This document shows, piece after piece, positions 12,653 to 23,761 of a stretch of DNA of 64,000 nucleotides (its first letter is position 1; every line of letters begins with the position of its first letter). This stretch comes from Isurus oxyrinchus (lineage: Eukaryota). The position numbers and the translations under genes are program-made. Under the pieces are notes generated by a model that saw nothing but the letters and a program-made list of their open reading frames with translations, did not search any database and was not told the origin of the DNA. The stretch covers positions 806,001 through 870,000 of the forward strand of contig JANJGN010000152.1 of NCBI GenBank assembly GCA_026770705.1, in the 5' to 3' direction.

Positions 12653-12807
12653 AGTTCCGGTTAGTGCTCAGAAGAGGGCGCACTCACACCGATAAACGGA
12701 AGCAATAGCTCGGACTTAAAGGATCACAAACTTTTAATAAAATATCAAAATAAAGGCAGCGCTGAAGAAGAACGGGCGGGCAGCAACTGGGGAATTATAT
12801 TATAGTA

Positions 12808-12940
12808 TAAAAGCAAAATACTGCGGATGCTGGAAATCTGAAACCAAAACAAAAATACCTGGAAAAACTCAGCAGGCCTGACAGCATCTGCGCAGAAGAA
12901 TACAGTTAAAGTTTTGAGTCCGTATGACTCTTCATCAGAT
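12808..12940 (-). mobile_element. Penelope-like terminal fragment with a degenerate hammerhead motif
   Basis: aaagcaaaatactgcggatgctggaaatctg..gagtccgtatgactcttcatcag. Confidence 0.75.
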
Positions 12941-13392
12941 CTTATATTAGTTGGCTTTAACTTTCAAATATGCTAAAAATGAATTCCATGAATAAATTTG
13001 TGTTGCGCTAATTCACATTTAGACTTTCGATGATTTTTCCTCGCCTGTCTGAACTCTTAAGCAGCCCTATCCCCATCTTCACTCTCTCCTTCTAGGTCCC
13101 TTTGTCAAAGCCGGCACATCGTGTCTATTTGATGAGAGTATTTTGCTGGTTCAGAAACAATGTATAGAAAATGAAGACATTTCATCAGGTTGTGTTTTCA
13201 TCCTTTAAAATAAGCCCCGAGCACAATGTAGCCACCCAGCAACTGGGTTCAAATGGTGCTGGGGGACGGGGGAGAAGTGAAGCATTTCGAAAAGGTAATT
13301 ATGGAACAAACACAGTTCGTCTCATATCCGAACCAATATTTCAATTTTAATCAACCTCCAGTCAGGTTCTCCTGTTTGCGTACGGATTTCAG

Positions 13393-13700
13393 ATCTGAGT
13401 CATGGAGATTTTGTCACTCCTCGAATGATAAGATGGAAGAGAAGTGGCTGCTTTAAGCATAATGTGTGATATTACATGGGGCGAACTATGTTTTATCCTA
13501 GTACTGGCTTGTCCCGGTCGGGCTGCATTTACAGGGGCAGTCTTACTCATATTTTCAGGCAATCGGCGAGGCAGGAAAATAGCAACAGCACCATTCAAGC
13601 AGTCACACCTCTCTCTGAACGGAGAAAGTGGACTCTGAAGAGCTGATCAGGATCAAGGCTCACAGCTGGAGTTTATGATGGAAAGCAGTCTCATCTCCGT
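13393..13700 (+). pseudogene. Highly decayed V relic (family of the 40649 and 51695 genes)
   Basis: ttcag, then (D)LSHGDFVT..NYVLS*YW..QLEFM fused to the spacer remnant gatggaaagcagtctc (compare 40960). Confidence 0.55.
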
Positions 13701-14519
13701 TCTTCGCGCTTTGTCTGACAGCTCCTGCCAGATGGGGTTTGTACAGAATCCAGGGCAGGTGCAGCCACAATGTTCATCGGCGCTGTCAGCCGCTCAAACA
13801 CGAACCCAGATGAAACCGCATTCACCTCGGAGAAACTGTCACCAACTGTTTGCAACAGAGGCCGAGAAAACAAGCTGCAGATTCCGATCCGTCCGACTGA
13901 TCCATCACCAAATGAATCTGCAGGTTAGACCGCCTTTCCTGCTTCTGATCAGCTTTTAATTCCCTTAAACTGAGGTCTCAATATCCAGATCAGCTTCTGG
14001 AAAGATGTTTCTGACCCTCAACCCAGACCGACTGACGTCACACTGATTGTTGGATGTCACAAAGATTACAAGGTGATGTCACGCAGACCACAGACGTACG
14101 TCACATAATGGATGGTCTGGCGCATTCGCAGCCTTCAATCTCAGACACCATGAATGCCGAAGCTCCGTCTCAGCTTCACTTTGTCAACACAAGTCCCAGA
14201 GCCTCGAATCTGGCTCGCTCAGTGTAACTGGTGCTGGGCTCAGTTTGATACACAACGGCGATTCCTTCAGCCGGTGGCTATCTTGGCTTGAATCTTCTGA
14301 CAGTTGTTTTATACAAATGGATAGCATCCGACACATGAATCTGAGCTTCACTTTAGGGATTGTACCCTTGGATATCTTACTTTTTCCCACATGTGAGCGT
14401 GATCACTATTTCTGACAGCAATATTTCATACATCCATTATCCAGATCCGTTATCTTCTGCTAGACTGTACTTCCCATTATTGTATTACCTTGAACGACGC
14501 TAAATTGTGACTTTTGTTC

Positions 14520-15640
14520 ATTTTACAGGATGCTGGCCAGGCCAAAATGCATTGCGCATCCCTAATTCCCCTTGAGAATGTGCTGGTGAGCTGCCTTCTT
14601 GAACCTGTTGCAGTCCGTGGTGTAGGTACACCCACAGTGCTGTTAAGGAACGAGTTCCAGGGCTTTGACCCAGCGGCAGTGAAGGAAAAGCGATATATTT
14701 CCAAGTCAGGATGGTGAATTCCTTGGAGGGGAAATTCCCAGATGCTGCTGTTCCCATGCTTTTACTGCCCTTGTCGTTCTAGATGGTAGTATTCGAGGGT
14801 TTGGAAGGTGCTACCTAAGCAGCCTTGGTGAACTCCTGCAGTGCATCTTGGAGATGGTACACACAGCTGCAACTGTTCGTCGGTTGTGGAGGGGGTGAAT
14901 GATTGTGGATGGGGTGCCAATAAAGTGGGTTGCTTTGTCCTGGACGGTGTCAAGCTTCGTTAGTGCTGTGGGAGCTGCACACATCCAGGCAATGGGTGAG
15001 CATTCCATCACACTTCTGACTTGTGTCTAGTAGATGGTGGACAGGGAGTCAGGAGGTGAGTTACTTGCCGCAGGATTCCTAGACCCTGGTCTGTTCTTTT
15101 AGCCACTGTATTTATATGGCCAGTGCAGTTCAGTTTCTGGTCAATGGTAACCCCCAGGATATTGATACTGGGGGCTCAGTGATTGTAATGCCATTGAACA
15201 TCAAGGGACAATGGTTGGATTCTCTCTTGCTGGAGATGGTGATTGCCTGGCACTTGTGTGGTGCGAATGTTACTTGCCACTTGTCAGTCCTAGCCTGGAT
15301 ATTGTCCAGGTCTTGCTGCATTTGAACATGGTCTGCTTCAGTATCTGAGGAGTCACGAATGGTGCTGAACATTATGCTATCATCAGTGAACACCCCCACT
15401 CCTCACCTTATGATGGAAGGAGAGTCATTGATGAAGCAGCTGAAGACGGTTGGGCCGAGGACTCTACGTTAGGAACTCCTGCAGTGATCATCCGTCAACA
15501 ACCACAACCATCTTCATTTCTGCTTGGTATGACTCCAACCAGCGGAGTGTTTCCTTCCTGATTCCCATTGACACCCGTATTGCTACTGCTCCTTGATGCC
15601 CTGATGTCACCTCACCCACTCACCTCAACATCCTTTTGAA
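14520..15640 (-). mobile_element. 5'-truncated CR1-clade LINE (RT C-terminus and 3' tail)
   Basis: FTDDSIMF..MQQDLDNIQA..KWQVTFAPHKCQ; LDTVQDKATHFIG. Confidence 0.9.
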
Positions 15641-15802
15641 ATTCAGTTACTTTCTGTTGAAGTCTATACCAGGCAATACGTGCCCTCCATGGTGCTTTTT
15701 GATAATGGACATGCTGCTTGGTGATTCAATATTTAAAGAATTATTGTCTATTTCATGTGTTAAATTCAATCCCAGATTTTGACACACTTTGTTTTGTTAC
15801 AG

Positions 15803-16095
15803 CAATGAGTATTGTCGAGCAATTGTCCCTGGATCCCTTTGAGTTAACTGTGTGTAACAACAGACCGTAATGATAAGCTATAGTTACTCCATATCTGTGA
15901 GCTTTCTCTGCATCTGCTGGTACATCAATTTGCTGGGTAAGCTCCGAGATATTTACTGAAGAGTTATAACTCGGGCCATGGAGCCGAGACTCAAAATTTC
16001 CCAGGCCGGCTGTCTGCTGATTTCGACAAGGCCAAAGGCAGCAATACAAATGTTTCAAAGCAAACCTGTCAGGTTTTGCTCTCTGTGAGCCCGAG
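15803..16095 (+). pseudogene. TCR V pseudogene
   Basis: LSLDPFELTV..CWYI..APRYLLKSYNSG..FPGRLSADFDK with frameshifts; paralogs at 58955 and 34430. Confidence 0.8.
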
Positions 16096-16156
16096 AACAA
16101 ACTAAAGTCCTAGTTCGACATCAGAAACACTTAACTGAGCAGCAAATACTTGCTGA

Positions 16157-16654
16157 GGTTTCTATGCGGGTTTTCGGCTTATATCTGACACGGCCTCACA
16201 GCACAACAATAGTCTGCTCCGTCCTCCACACTCAGGCCTCTCATATTGAGATAACCAGACTTCTTAGACTCGTCAGCAGCCGCCAGATATCGTCCTGAGA
16301 TTTCATCTATTTTCAGTCCTATTTGTTTGCTGATTACCGAACTTGAAGGGTGTGCCGGCTTCTGCCGATACCATTTTATACTGTACATAACTAGCGCAGT
16401 TAATGTCACTGGTGAATGAGTTACTGGATCTGGACAAGTCCGTCTGTGAAGATAGATTAAGAAAAGAGCAGGAGCTTAAAGAGAGGCCTAAATTTGTATC
16501 AGGTCTATGAGTGTGCGTAAATTCCCATTTACCAAACTATCGTTACCTACATTAATTCCCAGTACAAGCTGTTTGGATCAATCTGCTAACCTGCCACGAT
16601 AAACATAATCCAGTACTTACTGTCGAACACAACTGCCAGTATTATCAGAAACAA
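16157..16654 (-). pseudogene. TCR V pseudogene
   Basis: Leader 16621-16654 (ATG changed to TTG); exon 16194-16443 with the first-Cys region deleted, KWYRQKP..GADYCCAVR; damaged heptamer. Confidence 0.85.
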
Positions 16655-16784
16655 GTCTGAGTGAATCTCTCTCAGTGAATGTGAATGGAATGATCCAGAG
16701 ATTGAGAAGGAGAGGTGAAACCCGGGCTCTGTTCATCTCATTGTTCATTCCACACACTGCAGGGGGCCAGGCCCATCGCGACCA

Positions 16785-17060
16785 AAAAACCATAAGAGCA
16801 GAAGTAGGCCATTCGGCCCATCGAGCCTTCCCCGCCATTCAATTAGGGCATGGCTGATCTGATAATCCGCACCTCCGCTTTCCTACCTTTTCCCCATAAC
16901 CTTTGATTCCCTTACTGATTAAACGTCTGTCCATCTCAGCCTTGGATATATTTAATGAGCCAGCCTCTGTGGTAAACAATTCCACAGATTCACCATCCTC
17001 TGAGAGAAGAAATTTTTCTTCATCTCTGTCTTAAATTCGCGACCCCTTACTCTGAGAGAC
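16785..17060 (-). mobile_element. CR1 LINE 3' end
   Basis: Matches the 3' end of the element at 60759-63294; paralogous insertion at 59940-60210. Confidence 0.75.
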
Positions 17061-17132
17061 CTCACTCAGGATACCATCCTTATTGACTGTGGCGTTGGTG
17101 GCACGTGCCTTTATAATTAGCACGCTTGGGTG

Positions 17133-17151
17133 TGGCGCCCTCTGCTGGCGG
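17133..17151 (-). promoter_or_regulatory. Candidate CTCF element between divergent V promoters
   Basis: Minus strand reads CCGCCAGCAGAGGGCGCCA; conserved at 33624-33642 and 60285-60303. Confidence 0.75.
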
Positions 17152-18107
17152 ATTCTGTTCAATCCGGTTGAGAACTGGGGCCATCGGTTGGATTTCGGGT
17201 TTACTGATTCACATGTCAAAACACCAATGTCAGGTCTGTTCTCTCAGAAATCCAAATTGGATCTAATCAGACTCGGTCCTTATCTTTGTTGATGTTTATG
17301 GCGGAAAGTAATGATAATCCTTTGTAAATCACTGTTTAGCCGCCAAAGAAATGCCATTTACATGAATGTCAAAATATTGGAGAAAGTAGACTGGGATGGC
17401 ACCAGGGCTGACGGCCTTCAATGTGAGCAGGGTAGAGAAACTGATGTTAGCCTTCTTCTGCCAAATTATTAAATGACACATTTAATCGAAATATTGAAAA
17501 TGATAAGAAGTTGGATGTATTGGATTGCATATAACTGTTTCCATTAGCAGAAAATTCGAAAATAAAAGGCCACCATTTTGAGAGCAAAAAAGATAGGGAA
17601 AGATTATATTCACTACTACACTGCCACTTGTTTAGAGCTGGAACCACTGCAAAATATCCGGCTCTGTGGGACATGCGGGGACGAATGATGAATTACATAA
17701 CTCTTTCAATGAGGCCTAGACAAGATTGGCCGAATTGCCTCAGTCCTTCCTCTAAGATTCTAAGCCCTTCCTGTCCCTCCCATCTTGTTTGTTCTCAGTC
17801 AGTGGAACAGTGAGCAGGTGCAGGATGGTCAGAGAATTCTGCAGATTCAACCGTCGCTATTTCCGCTCCACCAGTTCCATGTGCAGCTGAGAGTCACCGC
17901 ACACTTCACTCAATATTGAGTCTGCGGTATCCCGCCCATAGCTTCCGTTTGCTGATTTTGCTCGGAACGATTGTGTTATTGGAAAGTTTGCTGCAGCTGG
18001 TCCTTTCCTGTCATTGGTTGGATCAGCAGTGCAGTGGGACGGGGATCTGTATTTCTGCTCCGATAGAGGATTTCTCACACCGCAAAGTCACAGACTCAGG
18101 AGGTATA

Positions 18108-18603
18108 ATGAGGAACCGTCTCGCTCTGCTCCTCATCATTATCTCACTTCTCAGGTATTTCCTTCCTGGAAAAACTAGATTCTCCTCCTGACAATGTAGC
18201 CCAGATGCTATTGTTGGTAAGAAAAAACTGATGATGATGATTATGTTGATTAAAATGAGGCTGAGGCTAATTGTTGTTTTTACTATATTTTCACGTTAGA
18301 ATGGAGCCACCCAGACACAGTGGAACAACGGGTTGCTGAAATAACGGCGGAAGAAGAAAGAAATGCTACCCTAACTTGCACCTTGAAAACAATCAATTCT
18401 AACCCTTATGTGTACTGGTACAGTCAGCGCCTTGGGCAGCCTCCAAAGTACATGCTCCGTATCCTGGGAGGGGAGGTATACAGACACACCGACATTCCCG
18501 ACCGCTTTTCAGCTACTTTGAATAAAACAGCTAAGATTACCGAGCTAATGATCTGCAACGTCCTGATCTCTAACAGTGCGGTATATTTCTGTGCCACGCA
18601 ACC
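18108..18603 (+). CDS. TCR V segment with an open V exon (18300-18603) and an out-of-phase leader donor
   Basis: Leader MRNRLALLLIIISLL; exon DTVEQRVAEITAEEERNATLTCTLKTINSNPYVYWYSQR..SAVYFCATQP; RSS CACACTG(18604-18610)-24-ACAAAAACC(18635-18643). Confidence 0.8.
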
Positions 18604-19249
18604 CACACTGCTGCAGAAATATAGCGGATCCAGTACAAAAACCTAACACCGAGAGTTCCAGTTAGTGCTCAGCAGAAGGTGCGCTGACACCAATAAACAG
18701 ATTAAATAATCCCGCCTCCACAGCGAGAGTCTCAGGGACCATCGCAAAATTGCAACAAAACACAACCCCCTCCAAGATCCGACAATGACCACTTCAGCAG
18801 TAATATCAACGTGCGATTTCAACTCGAGCCTATAAGAAAAATGAACATCGTGAATCGATCTGTGGTGCTTTCACACACCTTTCTTTTCCTTGGATGCCCG
18901 TCCCTGCCGACTTGTTCTTTCTCAGTCTCTGCCTTCACTCGTTATGAATAATTTCAGCCATTCTCTTCTTCCAGTCTTTACAATAAACGTTTCAGGCCAT
19001 TGATACTTGTTGTAAATTACCTCAGACTAACGCAGCTGCCCATAGATTCAGGCCCAGTTTTATCCGAGGTTGCTGACGTGGATTCCCTTTATTACTGAAT
19101 AACTTACTCATCCTGACATGCCTGTATTCATCCTATTCTGCCCAGTATGGAATGAATGTGAAAGTACAGCAGTTCTCATAGAGAGACAGAGTTACATCAT
19201 TTTCGAACGTGGTATTATTGTTATTATTGATTTCAGCTCCTGACAAATG

Positions 19250-19545
19250 GGTCCGATGTGTGATAACAGTCTGCTGTAGCTCCGCCCACAGCTTCCCGTT
19301 TGCAGCCGTCTCTCTGACCCGCTTTGCCTGCCCTGTATTATTGGACCGATTGCTGCCTCTGTTCCGGTTGGCATTGTTTGGGTCAGCAGTTCAGTGGGGC
19401 GGGGCTCAGTATTTCTGCTCTGACAGAGGATTTCTCGGGCTGCAGCATTCAGAGAGAAGAACCATCCTGCGTAACCATTTCAGTCCGCTCCTCATCATTA
19501 GATCACTTCTCAATATGTATGTCCTTCTTCGTGAAACTCCATTCA
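19250..19545 (+). pseudogene. Orphan V promoter and leader (family of the 18108 gene)
   Basis: Homologous to 17930-18185; no ATG and no V exon follows. Confidence 0.65.
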
Positions 19546-20429
19546 TTCCATTCTGGGAATCCCTGTCGGTTGAGGGTTGTATCGAGTCTCGGGCAGGTAC
19601 AGCCACAATGTTCAGCGGCGCAGTCAGTCGCTTAGACACAAACCGAAAGAAAACCACATTAACCTCGGATCAAACTGTCACCAACTGTTTTCAGGAGCGG
19701 CCAACAGAACAAACTGCAGAGTCCATTCGACCGGCATATCATCACAGAATCAGTTTTGGACTTACCTCTTCTAATCCCCACCCTCAATAGATTGTTGCTA
19801 TGTCTCAGGTAGCTTTCATCTCACTTCCTTCTGTCTCCATGGGTCTGTGAGATCCTTCCGTGGTCAGCTGACTGACAGTGAAACACCCCGAGCTGGACTA
19901 CAGTCAGGTAGAGGAACAGTTGCACTTTTCGAGACAGGTGTGGGTGGAATTAAACTTTGCTCTGTTCATTATCACCAGAAAGCTCGGGATTTTAATAGCG
20001 ACAGAAAAGCTTCCAGCATTAAGGGAACATTCTGAAGCTCAGTGGTCAGCGGGTGAACTCTGTACCTGAGATTTGTTTTAGAGATCATAGTTACTGCCTG
20101 GTGAGCTGCGCTCGTTGTGTATAAACTGTCTCCGACCCAGCAACACACTCTGATCAAACAAACCCTGTGAACAGGCCGCGGACGATGAAACCGACAGGGG
20201 AGACGGGGAAAGGGTTGTTCAATATAATAGACAGGCACAGAAATGGCATCAAAAGGCAACAAGTTAATGAAAGTAATCAAATAGATTTATGAAAATCGAT
20301 TGTGGCACAAGCTGGAGTTGAAATCAGCTAATACAATTCCGCAACCATTGATGTTCTTAATGCATCTTTTAGGAAGTCCTGTGACCCTCACTGTGGGGAA
20401 TGCTTTATTGCTACTGTTTCGCGGTGTGT

Positions 20430-20448
20430 GAGCGCCCTCTGCTGAGCA
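20430..20448 (-). promoter_or_regulatory. RSS-associated candidate CTCF element
   Basis: Minus strand reads TGCTCAGCAGAGGGCGCTC, about 20 bp beyond the nonamer at 20469-20477. Confidence 0.7.
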
Positions 20449-20468
20449 CAAACTGGAATTCCCAGTGG

Positions 20469-20945
20469 GGTTTTTGCTCCGGACCTGCTATATCTCTATA
20501 GCAGTTTGGGTTCTATGGCACAGAAATACACGGCGTTGTCGGAGAGAAGAGCCCCGGAGAAATTTAAATGAACAGTTTTGCTTCCTATGTGCAAATCAGC
20601 AGAGAACCTGTCTGTTAAGTTTGGAGACTGCTCTTCATCCCCCAACTTTATATTTTCAGTAAATATCTCGGAGCTTCGCCAGGATGCTGGTTGTACCAGG
20701 ACAGAGTTTGGGCAGGGTCGGTTGTCGAGTAACTGCAGTCCAATGCTATGCTCTGTCCTTCCAGAATCATTCATTCAGACGGATCTTGGGACACTGAATC
20801 CACGCCACTCGTTCCCGTAACACAAATGCAGAATTTTTCAAAAGTCAGTGAGGAAATATAACCTCTGTAAACACACTGACAATGTAGACATAGAGTGACC
20901 AGGCAGCAAGACCATCATTATCAGTAACGAACATGGGGAGCACAT
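20469..20945 (-). pseudogene. TCR V pseudogene
   Basis: Leader MCSPCSLLIMMVLLP (20900-20945); mutated acceptor; DSVSQDPSE*..LDCSY..WYNQHP..NAVYFCAIEP; RSS CAAACTG-24-GCAAAAACC. Confidence 0.9.
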
Positions 20946-21719
20946 GGTGCCTGATATCGAGCGCAACAGAAAACCACAGGTTATTCTAAATATGTTGATC
21001 CCTCTGGTCTGATATTAAAGTTCAACCCACATCAGGATCAGATCTCACTTTTTTAGAAATAGAGGAGTGGTTACCCGAGAGAGGATTGGCTGGTCTGTTG
21101 GAGATAATGACAGTTCCCCACCAATCAAGGAGAGCTGCAGACAGTTGGTTTCTCTGATTCCCTCCATCATTCTGATATTTTTATCTTGTTGGTCTTGATG
21201 TCTGGTGGGTCAATCTCCCCTTAAAGGAAACATTCCCTCCGCAGTAAAACGCGGAACAGTGGGGTGAATACAGGATTGCACAAATTCGGCAAGCGCGCAG
21301 TTACGTGTAAACACCTCCAGGCGCGTGAATGTCAGCCTGGAGTTCTCGCATTGATATCGGAGTGAAAGTCAATCAGGAAATGTAGTTTACGTTTGTCTCA
21401 TTCAATGAAACCATAGTGTCCAAAGAGCATTGAGGCGGCGTGATAAATATAAACTGCACTGGTACAGAAAGCAAATATGAAGCAAATGTGGATTTAAAGG
21501 CAAAGAAGTAAAATTATTTACAGGCAATGAGGAACCAGCAAACAACCCTGCTAAATTAAATGATTTTGAGCCGGCGATGACCATTGACGTTAAAAATACC
21601 CCAGAGATCCAATCAACCTAAATAAAATAATCTATTGTTGTAAAGAGAAGGAAAAATTCATTCCCAGTGACCGGTCAAGAGTTCTCTGCATTGAGACAGC
21701 CAGTCCCTGCGTGATGTAC

Positions 21720-21800
21720 TGAATGACGCCTGATGACAGCAACCAATAATAAGTCGATTGGTGAGAAAATCACTCATCAGTCATTCACTATAAGAGGAGG
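21720..21800 (+). promoter_or_regulatory. Putative V promoter (CRE half-site, paired CCAAT boxes, TATA)
   Basis: TGACG, CCAAT..ATTGG and TATAAGA lie 120-190 bp upstream of the ATG at 21917. Confidence 0.5.
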
Positions 21801-21916
21801 ATGTGAAGCTCGCTCTCTCCCCCTCCTCTCCACCATAGCGAACCCTGGGCTTGGCAGCAAGTTCCAGCTTGGAAATCAGACCCTGATGGATCCGCCTTTT
21901 GTTCATCTTCGTCATC

Positions 21917-22385
21917 ATGAACAGAAACCCCTGCAAAGGCCTGTTTACAATAGGGTCCCTGATGCTCTGGATATTGTGTGAGTTTATTTACCTAGTCAGA
22001 TGCATTGGCTAACCAATCTCTTAATACCCTGTCGTAGTTTGTGGAATTTTCCCTCTGTTTACAGCCGTTCAGTTTGAGGATCAGCACTCCCACCCTGAGC
22101 AGATGGTGTGTCGGGAAGGGGAACGGGTTGAAATGAGCTGTCGGCTCTCTATTGGCTCTGGTCATACAGTAGCCTGGTACAGGCAAACACTGTCAGGGGC
22201 TCCGAAACTTATTGGCTCCTAATTTCAGGAGAGCGTGACAGAAGGACGCTCCGCATTGTTCTTTGATCGAGTGAAGAATTTCAACACCATCTCTATAGAC
22301 AACACAGCCGTCCAGGACGCCGGAATCTATCACTGCGTGAAGCAGACACAGTGAGACATAGAGCGGATCAGGCCGTACAATATCT
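21917..22385 (+). pseudogene. Divergent TCR V segment with a single in-frame stop
   Basis: Leader 21917-21977 with GTGAGT donor; exon 22065-22346 EGERVEMSCRLSIGSGHTVAWYRQ..GS*(22220)..DAGIYHCVKQ; RSS CACAGTG-23-ACAATATCT. Confidence 0.9.
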
Positions 22386-22664
22386 TGTTCACTGCCCTTC
22401 TCCGCTGCACCTTTAACTTTTACCCAAACGGGGCCTTTTGAAATGCCGGCGATGGTCAGAAACGTTACTTTCTCATTTTCAAACTTCCATCTGGATAAAG
22501 TTAGAAAATTCCAAGGCTGTTGCTGTAGATACGGCGCCCAGAAACATATTAAGTAAAACTTGGTTATAGAACATACGAGGTAAAGATATGGACAGACAAA
22601 GGTATGTGACTCTCATATACCTAGATAGGTACATAAACGAGAAAACGAAACATAAGCAAGGAGA

Positions 22665-23331
22665 NNNNNNNNNNNNNNNNNNNNNNNNNNNNNNNNNNNN
22701 NNNNNNNNNNNNNNNNNNNNNNNNNNNNNNNNNNNNNNNNNNNNNNNNNNNNNNNNNNNNNNNNNNNNNNNNNNNNNNNNNNNNNNNNNNNNNNNNNNNN
22801 NNNNNNNNNNNNNNNNNNNNNNNNNNNNNNNNNNNNNNNNNNNNNNNNNNNNNNNNNNNNNNNNNNNNNNNNNNNNNNNNNNNNNNNNNNNNNNNNNNNN
22901 NNNNNNNNNNNNNNNNNNNNNNNNNNNNNNNNNNNNNNNNNNNNNNNNNNNNNNNNNNNNNNNNNNNNNNNNNNNNNNNNNNNNNNNNNNNNNNNNNNNN
23001 NNNNNNNNNNNNNNNNNNNNNNNNNNNNNNNNNNNNNNNNNNNNNNNNNNNNNNNNNNNNNNNNNNNNNNNNNNNNNNNNNNNNNNNNNNNNNNNNNNNN
23101 NNNNNNNNNNNNNNNNNNNNNNNNNNNNNNNNNNNNNNNNNNNNNNNNNNNNNNNNNNNNNNNNNNNNNNNNNNNNNNNNNNNNNNNNNNNNNNNNNNNN
23201 NNNNNNNNNNNNNNNNNNNNNNNNNNNNNNNNNNNNNNNNNNNNNNNNNNNNNNNNNNNNNNNNNNNNNNNNNNNNNNNNNNNNNNNNNNNNNNNNNNNN
23301 NNNNNNNNNNNNNNNNNNNNNNNNNNNNNNN
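22665..23331. other. Assembly gap
   Basis: Run of N. Confidence 1.
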
Positions 23332-23442
23332 NGAGGAAGATATATCAGTTTATTATGCAAAAACAATTATAGATTTATATAATTTCATATAATTATGTTC
23401 CTTTTACATATCATGATGCTAATTTTATTCTTGTTCTCGCAG

Positions 23443-23761
23443 CTGTTGTTTGTAAGTCGGAGACATTTCGGATCTCGGTGTGTGGGGGAAGTGAAGGACA
23501 AACTATTTCACTTCATCATTCTGCTACTTTCGCTACCGGTGATCTTGGATTCTGTTACCGGCAATTGTCCAATCGAGCTCCCTAGTATTATGTCCCCACA
23601 CTCAGAGATGAAATAGTTGCGGGAAGGTTTAAAGTATCCTGGAGCAGTGAGAAATGCTCCATCACTCTCACCGTTATCATAGTCCGGCTATCAGACAATG
23701 CGGTGTATTACAGTGCAGTGAGACACGGGAAACCAATAGGTGAGAATCTTGTACATAGACA
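23443..23761 (+). pseudogene. TCR V pseudogene
   Basis: EGQTISLHH..FCYRQLSNRAP*..GRFKVS..SDNAVYYSAVR; RSS CACGGGA-22-ACATAGACA. Confidence 0.8.

Noticed and set aside
14033-14040. Perfect CRE palindrome TGACGTCA
   Set aside because: Typical of TCR V promoters, but I could not link it to a leader exon
22479-23382. Long ORFs of 264-295 aa
   Set aside because: Artefacts of the N gap
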